In this document: positions 9,301 to 17,968 of the stretch, piece by piece
Position numbering within the stretch: the first letter of the stretch is position 1
Layout: every line of letters begins with the position of its first letter
Assembly: GCA_037127795.1 (NCBI GenBank)
Contig: JBAXXQ010000001.1
Span: 78,607 to 142,606 of the forward strand
Reading direction: 5' to 3'
Origin: a bacterium
GTDB taxonomy: Bacteria > Patescibacteriota > Minisyncoccia > Phycocordibacterales > UBA9973
DNA: 64,000 bases
Notes under the pieces: generated by a model
The model's input: the letters and a program-made list of their open reading frames with translations, nothing else
The model's database searches: none
What the model was told of the DNA's origin: nothing
Program-made: the position numbers and the translations under genes

Positions 9301-9700
9301 GTATAGTGTTCCTGGAGACCTTGTTGTAAAAAAGGGGATTAATGGACTCGGCCTTTTTACCAAAGTATCTATCAAAAAAGGTGATTGTATTATTGAATAT
9401 GTCGGTGAAATAATCACTGAAGATGAAGCAAATATTCGTGGTGGCAAATATCTTTTTCAAACAGGAAAAAATCGCCATATAGATGGTACTGCTCGGACAA
9501 ATACTGCCCGCTATCTCAATCACTCATGTCGCCCCAACGCAGAGAGTGATATCAAAAAAGGACGCATATTTATCTTTGCAAAAAGAAATATCAAACCTGG
9601 CGAAGAGCTTTGTTATGATTATGGTAAAGAATACTTCAATGAATACATCAAACCAAAAGGGTGTCGGTGTGAGAAATGCGTAGTAAAACAAGAAGTGTAG
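9275..9700 (+). CDS. SET-domain protein-lysine methyltransferase
   Basis: GLGLF, IIEYVGE, ARYLNHSCRPN, ELCYDYG, post-SET CRCEKC. Confidence 0.93.
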   Translation: MTSSKLAPKYSVPGDLVVKKGINGLGLFTKVSIKKGDCIIEYVGEIITEDEANIRGGKYLFQTGKNRHIDGTARTNTARYLNHSCRPNAESDIKKGRIFIFAKRNIKPGEELCYDYGKEYFNEYIKPKGCRCEKCVVKQEV

Positions 9701-9777
9701 ACGACTATGTTTTACTTAGTCCAGCAAGGTTTCATAATAAAAAACCGAGTCGGGCAGTGCTAAGTCAATAAAAGGTA

Positions 9778-10215
9778 ATGCAAAAGATTCAATTTAAAAA
9801 AACATATTTTTTAATTATTTCAGATAGGCTTGTTACAAGACTTGGTCGCTTAATATCTCTCGGTGATAATGCTATGGCTATCACATTCTGGCCGTTACTT
9901 ATAGTGCGACCCTCTACAAAAGACAATGCAGAGCTTATTCGCCATGAGACAATTCATATCAGACAACAAATAGAACTTCTTGTTATTGGTGCACACCTTT
10001 TATATCTTGTTGAATATTGTTATGCCAGATATATTAAAAAATTTGATAAACGCCAAGCGTATTACTATACAGCAATAGAACAAGAAGCTCACAGGAATGC
10101 AATGAAAGAGGATTATTTGAAAACAAGAAAACCATATGCGGTTTTGTATTACATACGAAACAAAAAATGGCTTGCTCGTGGTCCACAGGGTGAACTTATA
10201 GAAAAAGAGTACTAA
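9778..10215 (+). CDS. HExxH-motif hypothetical protein
   Basis: AITFWP, RHETIHIRQQ, EQEAH. Confidence 0.7.
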   Translation: MQKIQFKKTYFLIISDRLVTRLGRLISLGDNAMAITFWPLLIVRPSTKDNAELIRHETIHIRQQIELLVIGAHLLYLVEYCYARYIKKFDKRQAYYYTAIEQEAHRNAMKEDYLKTRKPYAVLYYIRNKKWLARGPQGELIEKEY

Positions 10216-10252
10216 AATAAAAAGCCCCAGAATTTTCTGAGGCTTTTTAATA

Positions 10253-10474
10253 TTACATTTCTTCGTAGCGATCGCCGAACATATATTCTTCGAATTCAGG
10301 ATCTGTATCATCATCTTCTGGTTCTTCTTTTTTCTTTCCGGTGATGGGGTCTATATCAGAATCTGCGAGAGGATCGATTATATCATCGTCGACGATAGGA
10401 TCTTCTATTTCGTCTTCTTCGATAATAACCGCACTTGGGTCGAGCTCGTCTTTGTTGAATTCAGTTTCATCCAT
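10253..10474 (-). CDS. Highly acidic small protein
   Basis: 73 aa, about 44% Asp+Glu by hand count; ends at a shared terminator. Confidence 0.7.
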   Translation of the reverse strand: MDETEFNKDELDPSAVIIEEDEIEDPIVDDDIIDPLADSDIDPITGKKKEEPEDDDTDPEFEEYMFGDRYEEM

Positions 10475-10556
10475 AAATCAAATATATGATAACAATTTTT
10501 TATTTTAATAATGCAATTATTTGTATCAAAATATAGTTTTCTTTGCAAGTCTTTTT

Positions 10557-11039
10557 CTACAATTCCCAGTTTTTTTGTTTTATAGCTCCCAATGAGGCTA
10601 TTCCGAGCGCGATAGCATCTATTTCGTCATCAAGTTTTTTGTCTGTATTTATGTGTAGTGTGAGCTGTACCATCTTTTGTACTTGCTCTTTATTGGCGTT
10701 TCCTATGCCCGTGAGGGCTAGTTTGACCTCTTGAGGGGAGAGTTCTATGAGTGGGATTTTGTGTAGCCCAGCGAGGAGTACAAATACACCGCGCGCTTGT
10801 GCAACATTGATTACTGTCTTTTTATTTACCGAAAAAAACAACGTTTCCAATGCAATATATGCAGGCTTTTCTTGCATGAGAATTTTTTCAGCCTCTGTAT
10901 AGATATATGCGAGGCGTTTTTCTATGGAATCTTTTTTGTCTGTGGTGATACACGCAGAATGTAATATCGCACCCTCTGTATCGAGAAGGGCAATACCACA
11001 TCTATCGTACCCAGGATCTATAGCGAGGATTTTTATCAT
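10557..11039 (-). CDS. ruvC: Holliday junction resolvase RuvC
   Basis: ILAIDPG, ETLFF, AQARG, GNANKEQVQ, DDEIDA. Confidence 0.95.
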   Translation of the reverse strand: MIKILAIDPGYDRCGIALLDTEGAILHSACITTDKKDSIEKRLAYIYTEAEKILMQEKPAYIALETLFFSVNKKTVINVAQARGVFVLLAGLHKIPLIELSPQEVKLALTGIGNANKEQVQKMVQLTLHINTDKKLDDEIDAIALGIASLGAIKQKNWEL

Positions 11040-12034
11040 GCAATATAATGTCTGCCTTTTTCTGTAATAACACGACCGCGTTGGGTGCGTTCGAGGAGGC
11101 CGAGCTGTATAAGGTATGGCTCGATGACGTCTTCTATAGTCCCTTCATCTTCGCCTGTTGCTGCGGCAATGTTTTTTACTCCCACAGGGCCACCACCAAA
11201 TTTATCTTGTATGGTGTGTAGTATTGCAATATCATTTTTTGATAAACCGAGCGCATCAAGTCCGAGGAGATCAAACGCTTCCATAACAGATGCAGTATCA
11301 ATATTTTTTTGTTGCATTTGTGCATAGTCTCGCACACGACGGAGAAGGTAGTTTGCTATACGAGGAGTTTTGCGACTGCGGCTTGCTATATGATCTGTCT
11401 CTTCTTGGGGGATAGGGATAGAAAGGATTTCTGCAGAGCGAGTGAGGATCTTTTTTATTTCTTCATCGGTATAAAATTCCAAACGAAATGTCCCTCCAGA
11501 GAATCGTGAACGCAATGGAGAAGATACCATACCAAAACGAGTCGTTGCAGCGAGTAGTGTAAACGGGGGAAGCTCAAGTTGGATTGCGCGAGCAGAAGGA
11601 CCTTTACCAATCATGATATCCATCTTGCCTGTTTCCATTACAGGGTACAAAATTTCTTCAATAGTTTTGTTGAGTCGATGAATTTCATCGATAAATAAAA
11701 TATCACCAGGTTTGAGGTTGGTAAGTATTGCAGCGAGATCACCAACACGCTCTATAGAAGGGCCTGAAGTAATTTTTATTTGTGCACCGACTTCGCGAGC
11801 GATCACATGGGCGAGTGTTGTCTTACCGAGACCTGGTGGTCCATAAAAAAGTATGTGTTCAGGGGCATGTCCGCGAGATTTTGCGGCTCCTATGAGGATA
11901 GAAAGGTTCTTTTTTATCTGGCTTTGGCCGATATATTCGTCAAAAGAATTTGGACGCAACACATTGTCGCTGAATTGGTCATCGAGGCTGGCAGATATAG
12001 GTGTTTTTGGTGTGTTGGTGGGGGTACTTGACAT
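11036..12034 (-). CDS. ruvB: Holliday junction helicase RuvB
   Basis: LRP, YGPPGLGKTTLA, FIDEIHRL, TTRFG. Confidence 0.97.
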   Translation of the reverse strand: MSSTPTNTPKTPISASLDDQFSDNVLRPNSFDEYIGQSQIKKNLSILIGAAKSRGHAPEHILFYGPPGLGKTTLAHVIAREVGAQIKITSGPSIERVGDLAAILTNLKPGDILFIDEIHRLNKTIEEILYPVMETGKMDIMIGKGPSARAIQLELPPFTLLAATTRFGMVSSPLRSRFSGGTFRLEFYTDEEIKKILTRSAEILSIPIPQEETDHIASRSRKTPRIANYLLRRVRDYAQMQQKNIDTASVMEAFDLLGLDALGLSKNDIAILHTIQDKFGGGPVGVKNIAAATGEDEGTIEDVIEPYLIQLGLLERTQRGRVITEKGRHYIA

Positions 12035-12085
12035 ATTTTTTGTAGTATGCTATGCTATCTCTAGAACGTACTTATCTAGTGTACT

Positions 12086-12235
12086 ACAAAAAAGCAGCAA
12101 TCTCTAAGCAGTCAGCCTACGGTTCTAAGTTTAGGCCAAGGACGCTTTGGTTCCGACTGGTGCTATCCTCGAAATATTCTTTACTTATATTTTCTAATAT
12201 CTATAAGGACTGTTTAGAGATTAGTGCTTTTTTGT
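12086..12235. repeat. 150-bp element bounded by 28-bp inverted repeats (MITE-like or structured RNA)
   Basis: 12086-12113 versus reverse complement of 12208-12235: 25/28 match. Confidence 0.7.
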
Positions 12236-12353
12236 TCATATATAAAAATTTTTTATATATACAAAATATCTGTATGAAAATATAGACTTATAAAATAAAA
12301 ACACCCAGTAGTTATATTGGGTGTTTTTATTTTATGCAGTATACTCATATATA

Positions 12354-14324
12354 GTGTATATACTTTTTTCTAATCATAAAAAAACTTTTTTTGCACTCGC
12401 ATTTGTATTGTGTTTCGGTGCATCTATTTCATACGCAGACAGAGTCGCGCCATATAGTGCAGGAGAAACACTCGATCCAGACTGTGCGCCAAATAGTGGG
12501 GTGAATTGCAGTGTGCATATCACAACCGGGGGAGGAAGTCAGACATTGCAACAAGTACTTACTGCAGGAAGTACGCTGACACAAGATATTACTATTGATG
12601 CGACAGGGCACAGTCTCACTATTAATACAGATAATCTAAACCTAAATGCACTTAATGGTAATACTATAATTCAAGGGGGTGGCGGAACAGAGTTTGATTT
12701 GTTAAATAATGGCAGTATTACTCTTGCTGCTGGTGCTGGTGATATATTATTTGATAATCCGGGTTCAAATTATTTTAAGCTTAAATATAATGGGTCTAAT
12801 GAATTTGTTTCAACCAATGGTACGAATATAACCGATAGTACATATGGAAATGCGTTATTTCTTGCTAATGATGGCTCAGCAAGTCTTACTTCAACAAACG
12901 GTAGTGATATATCTTTAAATGCTGATCACGATATTATATTAACCGCACCCAATGATGCTATTTCTATAGCATCACCGCAGGTAGATGTTATTAGTAGTAA
13001 TGGGGGGCAAGGTCTTCATATGGGGTTGTTTGGTTCAACAAAAATAACGGCAATTAATGGAGAGGATTTGCAATTGGTCAATGATAATAATAATAACTTT
13101 ATACACCTGAGTGGTAATGGTGCTACTTCTATTACTTCGCAAAATTCTCAAGATATAAATATTACTGGTGATGAGCGAGTAATTATTACTGCAAACGATA
13201 ATTTGAATAATAATTATGGTATTGAACTTCATGCAGGAACCGCACAAGCATATTTTAATAAAGATGCTGATATAAATTTTCAAACAGGAGATAGAAGTTT
13301 CTTTGATATGGGTGGTGGGGGAAATATTGATTTTGTAAACGGAAATCATTCAAACGAATTCACTCTTGATCAAGATGGTGGAATCACAGCAATAACTACA
13401 AACGGGTACCCTTTTAATGTTACTGCAAATAATGGTGATATATATCTACAAAGCACTACACATAATAATGGTTTATTTATTCAAAATGACGGATCTTCAT
13501 ATATAACAGCAAGTTTTGAGCTTGGTATTTCAAATACGACATCAAATGCTCGAATATATATGGAAAATAATGGCAACATGCAATTATTTGCTACAAATAG
13601 TGCCAATATGGATTTTGATGTACGTAGTGGAAAGTTTAGTTTTACTGCAGCCACCGGTAATAATACTCCTGTGGTTATAGGTACAAACTCTGGTAATACC
13701 TGTACTTTCTCTACTACCACCGGTACATTCGCATGTGCATCTGATGTACGCCTCAAGCATAATATAAACTCGCTCGATAGTACTGCATTATCAAAAATAC
13801 TTTCATTGAATCCTGTAACGTTTAATTACAACTGGCAATCACCAACAGATGCATCAGTACCAGGATTTATTGCGCAAGAATTTGAGACAGTATTTCCTGA
13901 TATGGTAAGTATTGATCCGACTACGGGGTATAAATCTCTCTCATACACTCCACTTATTCCATACACCATAAAAGCAATACAAGATATACATACTCAAACC
14001 ACAAACCTCGCAAGCCTTACAGGAGACACAGGGAATACACTCAAGGGTGCATTGATAGCTTGGTTTGCCGATATACATAACGGTATTACAAAATTATTTG
14101 CAGATGAGGTTGATACCAATAAATTGTGTGTTGGTGCAGTGTGTGTGACTAGTGATCAATTTTTACAGATGGTACAACAAATACAAACGCAAAATACTGT
14201 ACAAAATAATATTCCAAGTAGTACTCCTGTTGTAGATCCTGTAGTTCCTAGTACTACACAAACACCACCTAGTATAGATACTCCAACTACGCCACCTACA
14301 GATGCTCCAATAGTGACTCAATAA
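12354..14324 (+). CDS. Secreted tail-fibre-like protein with peptidase S74 intramolecular chaperone domain
   Basis: Signal peptide; N/G/T-rich beta repeats; SDVRLKHNI...GFIAQE...LSY..LIPYTIKAIQ; P/T-rich tail; GTG start after a TATACT -10. Confidence 0.85.
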   Translation: MYILFSNHKKTFFALAFVLCFGASISYADRVAPYSAGETLDPDCAPNSGVNCSVHITTGGGSQTLQQVLTAGSTLTQDITIDATGHSLTINTDNLNLNALNGNTIIQGGGGTEFDLLNNGSITLAAGAGDILFDNPGSNYFKLKYNGSNEFVSTNGTNITDSTYGNALFLANDGSASLTSTNGSDISLNADHDIILTAPNDAISIASPQVDVISSNGGQGLHMGLFGSTKITAINGEDLQLVNDNNNNFIHLSGNGATSITSQNSQDINITGDERVIITANDNLNNNYGIELHAGTAQAYFNKDADINFQTGDRSFFDMGGGGNIDFVNGNHSNEFTLDQDGGITAITTNGYPFNVTANNGDIYLQSTTHNNGLFIQNDGSSYITASFELGISNTTSNARIYMENNGNMQLFATNSANMDFDVRSGKFSFTAATGNNTPVVIGTNSGNTCTFSTTTGTFACASDVRLKHNINSLDSTALSKILSLNPVTFNYNWQSPTDASVPGFIAQEFETVFPDMVSIDPTTGYKSLSYTPLIPYTIKAIQDIHTQTTNLASLTGDTGNTLKGALIAWFADIHNGITKLFADEVDTNKLCVGAVCVTSDQFLQMVQQIQTQNTVQNNIPSSTPVVDPVVPSTTQTPPSIDTPTTPPTDAPIVTQ

Positions 14325-14356
14325 AAAAACCTTTCAATTAAGAAAGGTTTTTTTAT

Positions 14357-16066
14357 TTATTCCATATCGACGACACTTTGTACTTCTTCAAAATCTGTAA
14401 TACCTTGGAGGATTTTTACGAGGCCATCTTCGCGCATATCGAGAGTGCCTTGTTGGTCAGCAATTTTTTTGATATCGCGCTCAGTAGGGTTTTGCATAAT
14501 GATATGTTCAATATTTTCATCCATTTGTATTGCTTCAAAAACACCAAGCCGTCCTTTGTAGCCTGTGTGGTTGCAGTGAGTACAGCCTTTTGCTGCAACA
14601 AGTGTTTGTACGTCTCGTTGTACACCAAATTGTGCCATATCTTTTTTATTTGCTATAGCATTGTCCCAAATTTTTTGTATCAAAAGTGTTTCTTTTTCTG
14701 TGACAGGGCGATCATAGCGACATTCAGTACAAATTTTTCGTACAAGACGCTGCGCAATAGAAAGCGAAAGAGCGGATACGAGAATCTTTGGATTCACATC
14801 AAGATCGATAAGGCGGGGGATAACACCAGACGCATTGTTGGTGTGCAGTGTTGAAAATACCAAGTGTCCAGTAAGTGCACTTTCTACTGCGATTTTTGCT
14901 GTTTCACTGTCTCGGATTTCTCCCACCATGATTGTATCTGGATCTTGTCGAAGTGCCGATCGAAGCCCTTCGAGGAAGGTATAGCCAAGTTTGTGATCTA
15001 CTTGTGTCTGTGTGATACCAGGAAGGTGGTATTCGATAGGGTCTTCGATGGTAATAATTTTTATTTCAGGAGAAAATATTTTTTGCAAAAAGGCATACAA
15101 AGTGGTGGTCTTTCCAGATCCTGTCGGCCCAGTAAGGAGTATCATGCCGTGAGGTTTTTTGATCTCTTTCATAAAAAGCTCATACATGGGGGCAGAGATT
15201 CCCATTTGGTCGAGTTGTACACGAATAGATTTTGGATTCAAAATACGAAGCACAATACTTTCGCCATATGCGCCTGGGATAAGTGATGTACGAAAACTAA
15301 TTTCTATTTTTTCTTCGTCTTTTGTTCCACCAAGGAATGCACTAAATCGTCCGTCTTGGGCATTGGCTACTTGAGTGAGCTTGAGTCCTGAAATAAGTTT
15401 TACGCGAGTGTTGAGCTGGTGGTATGTTGCCGTATCAAACATAGTGATGACATGGAGTACGCCGTCGAGACGAAAACGCAATTCAGCGTTATTTTCCATA
15501 GGTTCTATGTGTACATCAGATGCACCAAGTCCAATACCGCATCCAAGAATAATTTCGAGGATACGAGAGAGGTGGTGCATTGAAGTGTCGTTTTTTGCGA
15601 GATCAATACGAGTAGTCGCATCATCAAGAGTTTTTACAGAGACTGCGAGCTCTTCGAGAACCTCAGGAGAAATATCGAGTCCACCACTACGAGAAGTAGT
15701 TGCAAAAGAAAGATCTTCGTAGTGAGTCCATACTTTCTTTATACTTTTTTCACTTGCCATATTAAATACAACTTCGAAACCATCTGCCTCAAGTTTTTCT
15801 TTTGCGCTTCGTGCGCCAGTTGCAATAGGGGATCGTACTGCGAGAAAGAGCTTCTTACCAATAAGTTTGTATGGGCCAACATCAAAATGTTTTGCTTCTT
15901 CTTCGGTGAGGAGGCGAATTGCGTCATTACTAATAGTTTGACTTTCAAGATTTACATAAGGAATTTGGTACTTTTCTTCGGCGAGTGTCTTAACAAGAGA
16001 TTCTTCTTCTTGCTCTCGAAGAGTTCTAAGTCGTTTGTTTTGTTGTGTTTCATCAAAGGTTACCAT
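14357..16066 (-). CDS. GspE/PilB type IV pilus assembly ATPase
   Basis: ASDVHIEP, GPTGSGKTTTLY, LRQDPD, TGHLVFSTLHTN, zinc-binding CxxC pairs. Confidence 0.93.
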   Translation of the reverse strand: MVTFDETQQNKRLRTLREQEEESLVKTLAEEKYQIPYVNLESQTISNDAIRLLTEEEAKHFDVGPYKLIGKKLFLAVRSPIATGARSAKEKLEADGFEVVFNMASEKSIKKVWTHYEDLSFATTSRSGGLDISPEVLEELAVSVKTLDDATTRIDLAKNDTSMHHLSRILEIILGCGIGLGASDVHIEPMENNAELRFRLDGVLHVITMFDTATYHQLNTRVKLISGLKLTQVANAQDGRFSAFLGGTKDEEKIEISFRTSLIPGAYGESIVLRILNPKSIRVQLDQMGISAPMYELFMKEIKKPHGMILLTGPTGSGKTTTLYAFLQKIFSPEIKIITIEDPIEYHLPGITQTQVDHKLGYTFLEGLRSALRQDPDTIMVGEIRDSETAKIAVESALTGHLVFSTLHTNNASGVIPRLIDLDVNPKILVSALSLSIAQRLVRKICTECRYDRPVTEKETLLIQKIWDNAIANKKDMAQFGVQRDVQTLVAAKGCTHCNHTGYKGRLGVFEAIQMDENIEHIIMQNPTERDIKKIADQQGTLDMREDGLVKILQGITDFEEVQSVVDME

Positions 16067-16186
16067 AATCAAAATAAGTATATATCAAAGCCTCAAAAAC
16101 CCCCAATACCACGAGCTTGACAAATAAGCACAAATCTGCTATACTAATATCAGAAAACAAATTAAATAATCTATAAATTAAGTTTT

Positions 16187-17110
16187 ATGAAAAAAATGTT
16201 CTTTGTCATTGCAATAATAACTATGAGTATATTTTCTGCGCAAGCAGGAGATAAAAAGGGTAATGGTGTATTACATGGAAAAGAGTATGGATTACATGCT
16301 CAAAATAATGAGTTGCAACAATTTTTGTTACACTACACTGAGCCAGACTACAAGAAAAAATATAAAAAAATTCTTGCGTTTGATGTAAATTCTGCAGGGG
16401 ATTCGTATAAACAATTTCTTGCAGAAGTATTTCCTGGTGAAAAATTTGAAGACATTCTTAGTGGATCAGAAGAGATTGATTTACCGGCAGATTTGTCTGG
16501 TGAATATTTTATCGGATATGTTCCATTAGATGCGACATCATTTGAATGGTTTTCAAGGAAGTCTCATATTGCTGAAAAAGGTTTAAGATATAAGGGTATT
16601 TTCTGGGCGTCAACGTATTGTTGGAATCCAATAAAGAAAAAACCTGCTGTTAAACAACAAACTGTTGCAACAGTGCCTGTAGCTCCTCCTCAACAACAAG
16701 TGGTAACAACACCAGCACCAGCGGTTGTATATCAACCTGCCCCTCAACAGCAAGTGGTAACACAACAACCAGTTACAGTACTGCCAATACAAACACAATA
16801 TGTTATGTATCAGCAGCCACAAGTCGTGTATGTACAACAACCTCAACAGATTGTGTACAATACTGGGTATTCTGGTTGTAATGGTTATGGTTACTATGGT
16901 GGAAATTACAGCTTTGGCGATCATGTATTAAGCTCAGCTGTTAATGTAGGCGCTTATTGGGCAAAAAGTGCAATACGAAATAGTTATCAAAATAACAATT
17001 CGTATCAGCAAAACAATTCCTACCAACATACGAATACTAATTATTCTAACAATAATAGTAATCAATCTGGTGGGGGGCCTCGTTCAGCGGCTACATACAG
17101 TCATCATTAA
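16187..17110 (+). CDS. Secreted hypothetical protein with Q/P/V-rich repeats
   Basis: Signal peptide, PQQQVVT repeats, N/S-rich tail, own promoter and terminator. Confidence 0.75.
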   Translation: MKKMFFVIAIITMSIFSAQAGDKKGNGVLHGKEYGLHAQNNELQQFLLHYTEPDYKKKYKKILAFDVNSAGDSYKQFLAEVFPGEKFEDILSGSEEIDLPADLSGEYFIGYVPLDATSFEWFSRKSHIAEKGLRYKGIFWASTYCWNPIKKKPAVKQQTVATVPVAPPQQQVVTTPAPAVVYQPAPQQQVVTQQPVTVLPIQTQYVMYQQPQVVYVQQPQQIVYNTGYSGCNGYGYYGGNYSFGDHVLSSAVNVGAYWAKSAIRNSYQNNNSYQQNNSYQHTNTNYSNNNSNQSGGGPRSAATYSHH

Positions 17111-17247
17111 TTGCAAAAAAGCTTTATTTAAAAGGACATCTTCGGATGTCCTTTTCTTATTTCTTATTATAAGTACTTGACAAAATTATATAAATCTGCT
17201 ATACTATACTCAGAAACAAATTAAATCATATATAAACTTTTTGCAAC

Positions 17248-17835
17248 ATGAAAAAGATATATCAGTTCCTTGTCGTAGTAATTATAGTAGTTTTCTCGTC
17301 ATGTGCAGCTAGTAAGCCGCAGATGCCAGTTATCATCAGTACAACAAATCCTGTCAGCGCTACGCCTGCCGTAGTAAATCAGGCACCAATGGTGCAGCCA
17401 CAGCAAAATCAGTTGATGTATACGTTTATTCCAGGGGAAGTAGTAGTACCCATGAATGAATATATGAATACTGAAGGTACAGGATACATCGCTACACCAC
17501 CAGTAACAAATCCGTCTTGGAATACTTTTTATAATGAGTATACCAAGCAGTGGTACGATGATGCTCCTCAAGCTGTCGGTAGTGGCAAGTATGCTTCAGT
17601 AAAATTTCTATATCAAGACCAACAAGGTCATATATATGAAAAAATGCTTACTGCTGAGTTTGAAACAACTGTTGGATTAGGAGATTTTGCAAAAGAAATT
17701 TACCTAAAAACAACAAATGGTTACCTTGCAAAATATCAATACCCAAACGGAACCGTTCCTTATATTCCAGGAGCAGGCTTTCATAAGGTTGGATTACGAT
17801 TCTTTGGTGGAAAGTTGTGGATTACGAGCCATTAA
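17248..17835 (+). CDS. Predicted lipoprotein
   Basis: MKK, hydrophobic core, FSSC lipobox-like site. Confidence 0.7.
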   Translation: MKKIYQFLVVVIIVVFSSCAASKPQMPVIISTTNPVSATPAVVNQAPMVQPQQNQLMYTFIPGEVVVPMNEYMNTEGTGYIATPPVTNPSWNTFYNEYTKQWYDDAPQAVGSGKYASVKFLYQDQQGHIYEKMLTAEFETTVGLGDFAKEIYLKTTNGYLAKYQYPNGTVPYIPGAGFHKVGLRFFGGKLWITSH

Positions 17836-17968
17836 TTACTATTACTACATTTTTTACAAAAGTCACGATGATCTTCATTGTGGCTTTTTTATATTGACAA
17901 ATATTTTTATATATGCTATATTCTACATAGTCGATTTACAGAGACAAAAATACTATACTTATATACAT

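Noticed and set aside
12115-12170. Minus-strand CAAAGC...GGCCTAAAC...TAGG resembles part of a c-di-GMP-I riboswitch
   Set aside because: The upstream GGCAAA and GNRA-capped stem are missing; kept only as an unknown structured element
16688-16770. Repeated CCTCAACA.CAAGTGGTAACA units
   Set aside because: In-frame coding repeats (PQQQVVT) in a low-complexity linker, not an array
17717-17968. 84-codon N-terminal extension of the surface protein in the ORF track
   Set aside because: It overlaps the upstream gene, terminator and promoter; the signal peptide begins at 17969
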